This document shows positions 25,428 through 33,364 of a DNA stretch of 49,351 bases, one piece after another; position 1 is the stretch's first letter, and each line of letters opens with the position of its first letter. A program made the position numbers and the translations under genes. The DNA comes from Minisyncoccota bacterium (GTDB lineage: Bacteria > Patescibacteriota > Minisyncoccia > Phycocordibacterales > UBA6899). The notes under the pieces are model-generated. The model saw only the letters and a program-made list of their open reading frames with translations, was not told where the DNA came from and did not search any database. The stretch covers positions 1 through 49,351 of the forward strand of contig DATIBL010000097.1 in the NCBI GenBank assembly GCA_035457505.1, read 5' to 3'.

Positions 25428-26822
25428 TTACTTCTCCTCGGTGTTCGTGTTCTCCGCGACAACCTCCTTGTCCTCTGCGGCTTCCTCTTCGGGGGTCTCG
25501 GTCTCTTCTGACGGCTCGCCGATCGAGTCGGTTGCGACGAACTCCGCCATCTCCTCTTCCGGAGTCTCTGTGTCCGGAGTGCCGGTCGACAGTTCCTCTT
25601 CCGAAGAAAACTCTTCGCCATCGACGCCGATCGAGCGGATGTCGATCTTGTATCCGGTGAGCTTTGCCGCGAGGCGAACATTCTGTCCGCCGCGTCCGAT
25701 CGCGAGCGAGAGCTGGTCGGACTGGACCTCGACGAGTGCGTGGCGCTCCTCGGTGTTCACGGTGACGCTCTGGGCCTTTGCGGGAGAGAGGGCATCGGCA
25801 ATGAAGCGCTCCGGCGATTCCTCCCACTCGATGACGTCGATCTTTTCTCCGCCGAGCTCCGAAATGACCGTGGCAACGCGAACGCCGCGCTGTCCGACAC
25901 AGGAGCCGACCGGGTCAACATGCGCGTCGTGCGAGAAGACGGCGAGCTTTGTACGGCTTCCGGCCTCGCGTGCGATCTCCTTGATCTCCACGACGCCGTT
26001 CGCAATCTCTGGCGCTTCGAGCGAAAAGAGGGCTTTCACGAAGTTGGGATGTGCGCGAGAGAGGCGAAGGTTCACGCCGCGAGGGGATTCCTCCACGGAG
26101 TAGAGATAGCTGCGCATGCGCTCGCCGATGCGGTAGCGCTCGCCGGGGATCTGGTCCTCGTAGGCGAGCAGTCCGGTCGCGCGACCGAGATCGATGAAGA
26201 TGTTTCCGCGCTCGATGCGCTGAACAACGCCGGTGACGATCTCCTCGCCGCGCTCTGCGAACTCCTCAAGGACGGAACTCTTCTCAGCTTCGCGGATCTT
26301 CTGAATGATGACCTGCTTCGCCGTCTGAGCAGCAATGCGTCCGAAATCGTCCTTCTCCTCAAGCGGGAAGACAAGCTCCTCCTCGAGGACAGCATCCTTC
26401 TTGATGAGCCGTGCGTCCTCGATCAGGATGTGGTGCTCGGGATTGAAGCGAATGCGGGCGTCGACCGGATTTCCATCCTCGTCGACCATTTCTCCAGCTT
26501 CATTGTAGATCGGCTCCGGGACGACAGGCGCCGGCGCCTCGCGAAAACCCATGCGGCCGGGAACCTCCTCCGGCTCTTCCTCCTCTCCTTCGACCGGCAT
26601 GCGAACCATCGTATCGTCGACGACGATCTTCACCTGGACGAACTCGCTCTTCCCTGAGTCGAGATCGATCTTTGCGCGAACGATCTGTCCCTTCTTTCCG
26701 AAGTCCTTCTTGTATGCAGCGGCAAGCGCAGCCTCGAGCGCGTCGATGATCTTGTCTTTCGCGATCCCGCGCTCCTCCTCGAGCTGCTCGAGTGCGATCT
26801 TCATGGCCTTCAAGTCCAACAT
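25428..26822 (-). CDS. nusA: transcription termination/antitermination factor NusA
   Basis: 464 aa from the ATG at 26822 (MLDLKAMKIALEQLEEERGI). It has the N-terminal domain, an S1 domain (VTGVVQRIERGNIFIDLG), two KH domains (VGSCVGQRGVRV and LAIGRGGQNVRLA) and an acidic Glu/Thr-rich tail. Confidence 0.93.
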   Translation of the reverse strand: MLDLKAMKIALEQLEEERGIAKDKIIDALEAALAAAYKKDFGKKGQIVRAKIDLDSGKSEFVQVKIVVDDTMVRMPVEGEEEEPEEVPGRMGFREAPAPVVPEPIYNEAGEMVDEDGNPVDARIRFNPEHHILIEDARLIKKDAVLEEELVFPLEEKDDFGRIAAQTAKQVIIQKIREAEKSSVLEEFAERGEEIVTGVVQRIERGNIFIDLGRATGLLAYEDQIPGERYRIGERMRSYLYSVEESPRGVNLRLSRAHPNFVKALFSLEAPEIANGVVEIKEIAREAGSRTKLAVFSHDAHVDPVGSCVGQRGVRVATVISELGGEKIDVIEWEESPERFIADALSPAKAQSVTVNTEERHALVEVQSDQLSLAIGRGGQNVRLAAKLTGYKIDIRSIGVDGEEFSSEEELSTGTPDTETPEEEMAEFVATDSIGEPSEETETPEEEAAEDKEVVAENTNTEEK

Positions 26823-27030
26823 AAGCGTGTGGTGATAGCGCTGTTTGAGGCCGACTGAGCGACTCCAAATGCGCGAGTGATAAATCAGGATAAAAAACAG
26901 GTCAGTACTCTTCGTACTGACCATGTATGCGGAAAGTGTAGCGCTTGCGGGGGATCACGTCAAGTGTCCATCGATGTGGACTATTTCGTGCGACGAAAGA
27001 TTGAAAGAGCGTTATACTAGTGAGGAATCT

Positions 27031-28782
27031 ATGCTCGTCCAGGAGGCGAAACTCAAAAAGTTCATCATTGACTCAGGCCTTGCGAGCCGGACGGAAATCT
27101 CCGCTGCCGAAAAAGAAGCCGAGAAGACCGGCGGTTCCGTCGGCGAAGTCCTGGTGAAGCAAGGGAAGATTAGCGCCGACGATCTCCGGCGCGTGCAGGC
27201 ATATATCCTCGGTGTCCCGTTCGTCGATCTCAAGGGCCAAAAGATCGACTTCGGCGTGCTCTCGATGATCCCCGAGCCGATCGCGCGCAAGCACAACATC
27301 GTCGCATTTCGAAAGTCCGATCAGGGGCTTGAAGTTGCGATGCTCGACGTCGACGATCTTGAAGCGATCGATTTTGTCCGCAAGAAGGTTGGCACGCGAA
27401 TTCTCACGCGCCTCACCGATCAGGAGTCCGTGAAGGGTGCGCTCCTGCAGTACCAGAAATCCCTCAAGGCCGAGTTCGGCGACATCATTCAGCAGGAGGC
27501 GCAGTCGATCAAAATGATCGCGGAGTCCGACGGAGGCGAAGTGTCGGAGAAGGATCTCAAAAAGCTTGCCGAGGATCTTCCGGTCGTGCGCATTGTCGAC
27601 ACGCTTTTGAATCACGCGATCATCCAGGGTGCGTCCGATATCCATATCGAGCCGATGGAGAATCAGCTGCTTGTCCGCTACCGCATCGACGGTATCTTGC
27701 ACGACGCGATGGTGCTGCCGCGCGACACAGCGCCGGGTATCACCGCGCGCATCAAAGTGCTCTCGAATCTCAAGCTCGACGAAAAGCGCCTTCCGCAGGA
27801 CGGCCGCTTCAAGATTCAGCTCAACGCCGAAAAGGTGTCCTTCCGCGTGTCGACGCTTCCCACATACTACGGCGAGAAGACGGTCATGCGTTTGCTCCGC
27901 GAATCTTCCGGCGGCTATACGCTCGAGTCGCTTGGATTCCACGGCCGCTCGCTCGAGATTCTGCATGCGTCGACGAATCTCCACACGGGCATGATCCTTG
28001 TAACCGGCCCGACCGGTTACGGAAAGACGACGACGCTCTATACGATGGTCGACATTATGAACACGGCCGACGTGAATATCTCGACCATCGAAGACCCGGT
28101 CGAATACCAGATGCCGCGCGTCAATCAGACGCAGGTGAAGCCGGATATCGGACTCACGTTCGCGATGGGGCTCCGCGCGCTTTTGCGTCAGGACCCGGAT
28201 ATCGTGATGGTCGGAGAAATCCGCGACACCGAGACCGTCTCACTCGCGATCAACGCGTCTTTGACCGGACACGTTGTCCTCTCGACACTGCATACCAATT
28301 CTGCGGCAGGTGCCGTGCCGCGCATGATCGACATGGGTGCTGAGCCGTTTCTGATTATTTCTACGGTCAATGTCGTTGTCGGGCAGCGCCTCGTGCGCCG
28401 GCTCTGTTCACAGAAGGAGCAATATCATCTCACCGATGCTGAGGTTGATGAGATCGGCAAGCACGCAAATCTTGATCTGGTGATGAAGGCGCTTAAGGAC
28501 GAGGGCATCGTTGCAAAGGATGCAACATGGAAGACCGTCCCGTTCTTCAAGCCCAAGCAGTCTGCGGAGTGTGAAGATGGATACAAGGGCCGTATCGGAA
28601 TCCATGAAGTGCTCAAGATGTCGACCGCGATGCGCGATCTTGCGGTGAAGCGCGCGAGTGCGGAAGAGATCGAGAATCAGGCCCGCAAAGAGGGGATGCT
28701 CACGATGCTTGAGGATGGTATCTTCAAGGCGGCGATGGGGATGACGACTATTGAAGAAGTGCTGCGCGTCGTCAACGAATAA
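27031..28782 (+). CDS. pilB: type IV pilus assembly ATPase PilB (GspE family)
   Basis: 583 aa from the ATG at 27031 (GAGGAA RBS). It has an N-terminal GSPII_E-like domain, Walker A GPTGYGKTTTLY, the Asp box IEDPVE, Walker B PDIVMVGEIRD, the His box TGHVVLSTLHTN and a C-terminal Cys-containing segment. Confidence 0.92.
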   Translation: MLVQEAKLKKFIIDSGLASRTEISAAEKEAEKTGGSVGEVLVKQGKISADDLRRVQAYILGVPFVDLKGQKIDFGVLSMIPEPIARKHNIVAFRKSDQGLEVAMLDVDDLEAIDFVRKKVGTRILTRLTDQESVKGALLQYQKSLKAEFGDIIQQEAQSIKMIAESDGGEVSEKDLKKLAEDLPVVRIVDTLLNHAIIQGASDIHIEPMENQLLVRYRIDGILHDAMVLPRDTAPGITARIKVLSNLKLDEKRLPQDGRFKIQLNAEKVSFRVSTLPTYYGEKTVMRLLRESSGGYTLESLGFHGRSLEILHASTNLHTGMILVTGPTGYGKTTTLYTMVDIMNTADVNISTIEDPVEYQMPRVNQTQVKPDIGLTFAMGLRALLRQDPDIVMVGEIRDTETVSLAINASLTGHVVLSTLHTNSAAGAVPRMIDMGAEPFLIISTVNVVVGQRLVRRLCSQKEQYHLTDAEVDEIGKHANLDLVMKALKDEGIVAKDATWKTVPFFKPKQSAECEDGYKGRIGIHEVLKMSTAMRDLAVKRASAEEIENQARKEGMLTMLEDGIFKAAMGMTTIEEVLRVVNE

Positions 28783-28783
28783 T

Positions 28784-28909
28784 CCAGACCTCGAGAATCG
28801 GCATATTCCTTGGTCTTCCGTCGGAAAATCCGGTCAAAGTATAGGAATACATTTCCCGGATATTTCCTCCGTCCAGACCGGCGGACTATGCGCGATTTTC
28901 GAGGTCTGG
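28784..28909. repeat. 126-bp imperfect palindrome immediately after the pilB stop
   Basis: CCAGACCTCGAGAATCG (28784-28800) pairs with CGATTTTCGAGGTCTGG (28893-28909), a 17-bp arm with one mismatch. An inner arm is GGAAAATCCGG/CCGGATATTTCC. Confidence 0.7.
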
Positions 28910-28964
28910 CTGAACTATGATTGGCAATCATGGTCTTCCCGACATTTTGTCAGTCCAAGCCATC

Positions 28965-29022
28965 GCACCACACAGGGCACTTCCAAATTTCAGTACTCGA
29001 AGACTCGATGAAATTTTAGGTC
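28965..29022 (+). repeat. 58-bp repeat unit, copy A (inverted partner at 37213-37270)
   Basis: GCACCACACAGGGCACTTCCAAATTTCAGTACTCGAAGACTCGATGAAATTTTAGGTC matches the reverse complement of 37213-37270 at 55 of 58 positions. It contains the inner palindrome AAATTTCA...TGAAATTT and a direct ACTCGA duplication. Confidence 0.9.
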
Positions 29023-29130
29023 GGACTGCATCCGAACCAAGCGCTCGCGAGAGTGATGTTTCCTTCCACCAGACCAGCAGGCGTCCGGCAATTCCAGAAG
29101 GCTGGTCGTTTCTGCCTGCATTATAAAACC

Positions 29131-29159
29131 TTGACAACAGCGCAAATCATGTGCATAAT
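29131..29159 (+). promoter_or_regulatory. sigma70-type promoter
   Basis: TTGACA (29131-29136), a 17-nt spacer, then CATAAT (29154-29159). It would give a leader of about 155 nt before the ATG at 29322. Confidence 0.6.
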
Positions 29160-29321
29160 TTGCACCAACGTTCTTTGAGTGAACTCGGGGTTGGTCACAG
29201 CGAAAAGCGGCTTCCCTATGGTAGGCCCTCTTTCGCTGTGACCAATGAGGTCATGGTTCCTCCTCGGATGAGAGGAGCGCTTCGTGAGCAACGAAGTGTC
29301 GTGTACATGTGGAGTATCGTC

Positions 29322-29987
29322 ATGAGCAATGACAATCAGATTGAGCGGTTATGGAAGCTTCAGGCTACCGTGAATAAGTTGATTCTCGATGGAAAGCGAG
29401 ATCCGCGCGAGGTGTCCGACATCCTTCAAGGAATTTTGGAGAGTCGCCCGCAACAGCGTTGGCGTGAAGAAGACGGCGTCATCTACTTCTCTGTCGGGCC
29501 GACTGACGTTACGACAGGTGAGGGGTGGATCACGAGGCTCACTGGTAAAGGCATTCCCGTCGGGGATAGTGCTAGAGAACTGCTCCGTTCGTCTGCCTTC
29601 AAGCCTACGAGTGGAGTGGTCACCAACGTCGCAGTCGTAAACGATTCGGCCGACGTCTCCGACATCAAGCGTATTTTCTCCGAAGACAGCGTTCACGCCA
29701 GGAGGAGGATGACACGTGAATTTGCAAGAAACTTCCGAACTTCCGATGGCCGCAGGCTTCTCGTGCCGAACATCGAACTCGCCTGTCTTATCCTTGAGAG
29801 GCTCGCGGAAAAGGAGTTTGGATTGATGTGTCCGTGGCAGATCGCTGTCACTCATGAGCCCTTCAAAAACCTGAGATTGCTTGCGGACAGTATTGGCGGC
29901 GGACGGCTCGACGCATACACTGACGACGCACTCTCCAATTGGTGGCACGGCAATGTTGGTTTTGCCTTCGAGGTTGCGGAGGTCTGA
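29322..29987 (+). CDS. hypothetical protein (221 aa)
   Basis: The ATG at 29322 is preceded by GGAG, and the gene has its own terminator at 30029-30060. By eye its GC content is lower than the neighbours. No family recognised. The tracked start at 29151 lies inside the promoter and is rejected. Confidence 0.55.
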   Translation: MSNDNQIERLWKLQATVNKLILDGKRDPREVSDILQGILESRPQQRWREEDGVIYFSVGPTDVTTGEGWITRLTGKGIPVGDSARELLRSSAFKPTSGVVTNVAVVNDSADVSDIKRIFSEDSVHARRRMTREFARNFRTSDGRRLLVPNIELACLILERLAEKEFGLMCPWQIAVTHEPFKNLRLLADSIGGGRLDAYTDDALSNWWHGNVGFAFEVAEV

Positions 29988-30028
29988 TCTTTTCTCCCGT
30001 TATCGAGACTCCAGACCTTTCATTTTCC

Positions 30029-30060
30029 GTCCCGCTCCATTTATTGGAGCGGGACTTTTG
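30029..30060 (+). terminator. rho-independent terminator
   Basis: GTCCCGCTCCA pairs with TGGAGCGGGAC (11-bp stem, 5-nt loop), followed by TTTTGT. Confidence 0.8.
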
Positions 30061-30138
30061 TATTGGTCCTGCGTGAGAGAAATATTGCGCAAATGGGTGG
30101 GGTGGGTAGACTCTGGGCAGAGATATGGAGTCGGTGCC

Positions 30139-30462
30139 ATGGAAAAGTTGATCCGCGATCGGATCACAGAGAAGGCGCTTGCGCGCGGCGAGGTGATGCG
30201 CGTGCGCAAAGCGGAGAGCGACTGGGAATTCCGCGCGATGCTGACGAAGAAGCTTGTCGAAGAAGCGAAAGAATGCCATGCGGCGCGCTCGCGCCGTGAG
30301 CGGCGGAAAGAACTTGCGGATGTCCTCGCGGTTCTCACTGAGCTGCTTCGTCTTGAGAAAGTCTCCTGGGAAGAATTGCACGTTATCGCAGAAGCAAAGC
30401 GCGCGGAGAATGGCGGTTTCGCGAAGCGCCTGATTTGGCTCGATGCGCCAGAAAATCCCTGA
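30139..30462 (+). CDS. MazG-like nucleoside triphosphate pyrophosphohydrolase (all-alpha NTP-PPase family)
   Basis: 107 aa. MEKLIRDRITEKA...KKLVEEAKE...ELADVLAVLTELL...KRAENGGFAKRLIW matches the KLVRD.IP...EE..E...E.aDvlev...K...RGgF pattern of house-cleaning NTP pyrophosphatases. Confidence 0.7.
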   Translation: MEKLIRDRITEKALARGEVMRVRKAESDWEFRAMLTKKLVEEAKECHAARSRRERRKELADVLAVLTELLRLEKVSWEELHVIAEAKRAENGGFAKRLIWLDAPENP

Positions 30463-30483
30463 TGTGTGAATAGCGCAGAAAGA

Positions 30484-30513
30484 ACAACCCCCGAGATCGG
30501 GGGTTGTGTTGTT
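30484..30513 (+). terminator. hairpin terminator
   Basis: ACAACCCCC (30484-30492) pairs with GGGGGTTGT (30499-30507) around a 6-nt loop, followed by GTTGTT. Confidence 0.6.
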
Positions 30514-30547
30514 CGAGTGCAGAGAGTTCCTATATAATGAATGCAGT

Positions 30548-31765
30548 ATGCCACGCTATGCGTATAAAGCGACACTCGTCGCAACCGGTGCAGAGATTGA
30601 AGGACTCGAAGAGGCGGCCGATAAGTTTGAGCTCGCCAAGAAGATCAAGGCCGACGGCAAGCTGCTGCTCACCGCGACAGAGATCTCTACTGAGACCTGG
30701 AACATGGATCGTATCAACGCGATGCTGTCCAAGGTGCAGCTTCGCGAGAAGATTGTGTTTGCGCGCAATCTGGCGACGATGATCGAGGCCGGTCTCGCGC
30801 TTTCCCGCGGTCTCCAGATCTTCCTGAAGCAGACCCAGAATCCCAAGTTCAAGCAAGTTCTCCAGGCGCTCGTCGAGGATATCAACAAAGGCACGCCGCT
30901 CTCTGATGGCATGGCGAAGTTCGACGACGTCTTTCCTGCAGTCTTTGTATCAATGGTCCGCGCAGGTGAGGAGTCCGGCGGACTCGTCGATGCGCTGAAT
31001 ACCGTCGGTGGGCAAATGGAAAAGTCCTACTACCTCAAAAAGAAAGTGAAGGGCGCGATGATGTATCCGGCGATCGTCTTTTGCGTCATGATTGGCGTCG
31101 GCGTCCTTATGCTGATCTACGTCGTCCCGGGTCTCAAGGCGACGTTCGAGGAAGTCGGCGTTGCACTTCCATTTTTGACCCAGCTGATTATCGACATCAG
31201 CGATTTCATCCAGGAAGAGGCAGTGCTTGCCATCGGTGTTGTTATTGCTGGCATTGTGGGATTCATCGGCTACAAGAGAACAGAGTTCGGCGGACGATCG
31301 CTCGATTACATCGCAATCCACGTGCCGGTATTCGGCAAGATCGTTCGCGAGTTCAACTCGGCGATGGCGACCCGCACGCTCTCGTCGCTCATTTCCGCCG
31401 GCGTCGACATCGTGCATGCGATCGAGATCACGCAGGATGTGCTCGGGAACGTGTACTACAAAGAGACGCTCGAGGAGGCGAAGGTCAATATTCAGAAGGG
31501 TATTCCGCTTTCGCAGATCTTCATCCAGCACGATGATATCTATCCGGTCATGGTGGGCGACATGATGGAGGTCGGCGAGGAGACTGGCCGTCTTTCCGAC
31601 ATGCTCCTCAAGATCGCGGTTTTCTACGAAGAGGAGGTGGATTCGGCAACGAGCGATATGTCGAAGCTGATTGAGCCGATCCTTATGGTCATGATCGCGG
31701 CGTTCGTCGGTGTGTTTGCGGTCGCGATGATCACGCCGATGTATACGATCATGACGAATATCTAG
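30548..31765 (+). CDS. pilC: type IV pilus inner-membrane platform protein PilC (GspF family)
   Basis: 405 aa from the ATG at 30548 (MPRYAYKA...). It has two T2SF repeats (FARNLATMIEAGLALSRGL and ATRTLSSLISAGVDIVHAI), three TM segments and the C-terminal EPILMVMIAAFVG motif. Confidence 0.92.
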   Translation: MPRYAYKATLVATGAEIEGLEEAADKFELAKKIKADGKLLLTATEISTETWNMDRINAMLSKVQLREKIVFARNLATMIEAGLALSRGLQIFLKQTQNPKFKQVLQALVEDINKGTPLSDGMAKFDDVFPAVFVSMVRAGEESGGLVDALNTVGGQMEKSYYLKKKVKGAMMYPAIVFCVMIGVGVLMLIYVVPGLKATFEEVGVALPFLTQLIIDISDFIQEEAVLAIGVVIAGIVGFIGYKRTEFGGRSLDYIAIHVPVFGKIVREFNSAMATRTLSSLISAGVDIVHAIEITQDVLGNVYYKETLEEAKVNIQKGIPLSQIFIQHDDIYPVMVGDMMEVGEETGRLSDMLLKIAVFYEEEVDSATSDMSKLIEPILMVMIAAFVGVFAVAMITPMYTIMTNI

Positions 31766-31767
31766 GT

Positions 31768-32250
31768 ATGGTCTCAATGAGACATCCTTCTCGCTCGCGC
31801 CAGTCGGGCTTTACGCTGATCGAGGTGACGGCAGCGATCGTGATCATGATCTTCGCGATCACTGTCACGATCACCGCGTTTTCAAATTTCCGGGCGCGCA
31901 AAACAATGGACGCAGCGGTCGAGCAGGTTCTCGCAGTTTTTTCTCAGGCGCATCTCGATACGATCTCCTCGAAGGATGATCGGGCGTACGGGGTCCATCT
32001 CGATTCAGATAAGGCTGTGTATTTTGTAGCTCCGACTTATGATTCAGCTACCACCACGAACAAGATCTATATGATCCATCCGGCGATCGAGATCACGAAC
32101 GTTTCGCTCGCGGGGAGCACAACAGAGATCGTGTTCCAGCGTTTCACGGGCCAAACCAGCCAGACGGGCACATTCGAGCTTCGCGTGAAGACCAATACGA
32201 GTATCTCTACTGTCGTGACTGTTCAGGGGACCGGCTCGATCTCGCTCTAG
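31768..32250 (+). CDS. minor pseudopilin (GspH/FimT-like)
   Basis: The prepilin motif is SRQSG|FTLIEVTAAIVIMIFAI. The gene is 160 aa and begins 2 nt after pilC. Confidence 0.75.
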   Translation: MVSMRHPSRSRQSGFTLIEVTAAIVIMIFAITVTITAFSNFRARKTMDAAVEQVLAVFSQAHLDTISSKDDRAYGVHLDSDKAVYFVAPTYDSATTTNKIYMIHPAIEITNVSLAGSTTEIVFQRFTGQTSQTGTFELRVKTNTSISTVVTVQGTGSISL

Positions 32251-32308
32251 GGGCGAGTTTCTCTCCGCGCGCGTTGCGTCAGTACCGGAGCGACGATACA
32301 ATAGACAC

Positions 32309-32818
32309 ATGTACATTCGAACATCGGGTTCGAACGCCCGTCGCGTCCGTAGCCGCGGGTTCACGCTGATCGAGATCTTGCTCGGCGCATCGATGCTTGC
32401 GCTCTTTATCGTGTCGATCGCACTCTATTACCGCAAGGCGCTCGAGGTGAGCCAGGAAACGACTCACCACATTCAGGCCGGATTTCTTCTTGAAGAAGGG
32501 ATCGAGGCGGTCAAATCGATGCGCGACGATGGATGGACCACCTACATTGCGACACTCAATCCCGGAACCTCCTACTACCTCTACTGGAACGGCTCCAAGT
32601 GGCGAGCGACGACGACCCCGCTCCAGGTTGAGAACACCTTCTGGCGGAGTGTCATACTCTCCAGCGTCAATCGAGATGTGAACGACGATATCGTTACGAC
32701 CGGCGGATCGGCAGACGCGGGAACTCGCAAGGTTCGCGTCGATGTGACCTGGAACAAAAAGACGGCGTCATCCACGGAGTCGATCGAGACCTATATCACG
32801 AATCTTTTCAACAACTAG
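32309..32818 (+). CDS. minor pseudopilin (PilV/GspI-like)
   Basis: The prepilin motif is RSRG|FTLIEILLGASMLALFIVSI. 169 aa. Confidence 0.7.
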   Translation: MYIRTSGSNARRVRSRGFTLIEILLGASMLALFIVSIALYYRKALEVSQETTHHIQAGFLLEEGIEAVKSMRDDGWTTYIATLNPGTSYYLYWNGSKWRATTTPLQVENTFWRSVILSSVNRDVNDDIVTTGGSADAGTRKVRVDVTWNKKTASSTESIETYITNLFNN

Positions 32819-32819
32819 T

Positions 32820-33344
32820 ATGCGGCCCTTCACGAAAAAGCAGCGCGGGTTCTCGCTCATGGAGGTCGTCATCTATACGGCGCTCTTCGTGCTCATTTCG
32901 GGCGCGACCGTCGATGCGATCATTATGACGACGCGCGCGTTTTCGAATCTTCGCATCTCGCGCGATATCAATGACTCTGCGATCAAGGTCATGGAGCGCC
33001 TCACGCGAGACGTGAAGAATGCAACATCGATCGATCTGGCGCAGAGCACATTCTCAGCCACACCGGGCCGGCTGACACTGAATACGCTTTCTGCGACCGG
33101 AACGCCCGTCATCATTGAGTATTATGTTGCGACGACGACCGGGCAGCTCCGGCTCAAAGAGAACGGCGTCGACAAGGGGTCGCTCATGTCGGCGAAGACC
33201 CAGGTCGATGCATTGGTCTTCTATCTCATTTCGACGGCTCAGACGAGCGGAGTCAAAACAGAGCTGCACTTGCGTTCGTCGCGCGGTGCCGTGCAGGATC
33301 AAGACCACTTCTATAACACGAGCATGCTTCGCGGGACCTATTAG
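32820..33344 (+). CDS. minor pseudopilin (PilW/GspJ-like)
   Basis: The prepilin motif is KKQRG|FSLMEVVIYTALFVLISG. The gene is 174 aa and begins 1 nt after the previous stop. Confidence 0.7.
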   Translation: MRPFTKKQRGFSLMEVVIYTALFVLISGATVDAIIMTTRAFSNLRISRDINDSAIKVMERLTRDVKNATSIDLAQSTFSATPGRLTLNTLSATGTPVIIEYYVATTTGQLRLKENGVDKGSLMSAKTQVDALVFYLISTAQTSGVKTELHLRSSRGAVQDQDHFYNTSMLRGTY

Positions 33345-33364
33345 TCCGGCGGGTCCATTCTTTT

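Noticed and set aside
28000-28030. PilB Walker A reads GPTGYGKTT instead of the usual GPTGSGKTT
   Set aside because: The Tyr occupies a variable x position of GxxGxGK(S/T). The catalytic Lys/Thr, Asp box, Walker B and His box are intact, so there is no reason to call the gene inactive.
28783-29150. Possible SRP RNA or RNase P RNA in the 370-nt pilB-downstream spacer (ACCAGACCAGCAGGCGTCCGGCAATTCCAGAAGGCTGG superficially recalls SRP helix 8)
   Set aside because: The conserved SRP loop motifs are not on the correct strands of the helix. No RNase P CR-I or CR-V consensus is present. Without a covariance-model scan I cannot support an RNA gene call.
29151-29321. Tracked GTG start at 29151 giving a 278-aa protein
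   Set aside because: That start sits inside the predicted -10 region, and the first 57 codons form strong RNA hairpins with poor protein-like composition. The ATG at 29322, with an upstream GGAG, is preferred.
30506-30547. Tracked TTG start of pilC at 30506
   Set aside because: It overlaps the terminator hairpin of the preceding gene. GspF/PilC homologs begin at the MPRYAYKA-type N-terminus, so the ATG at 30548 is used.
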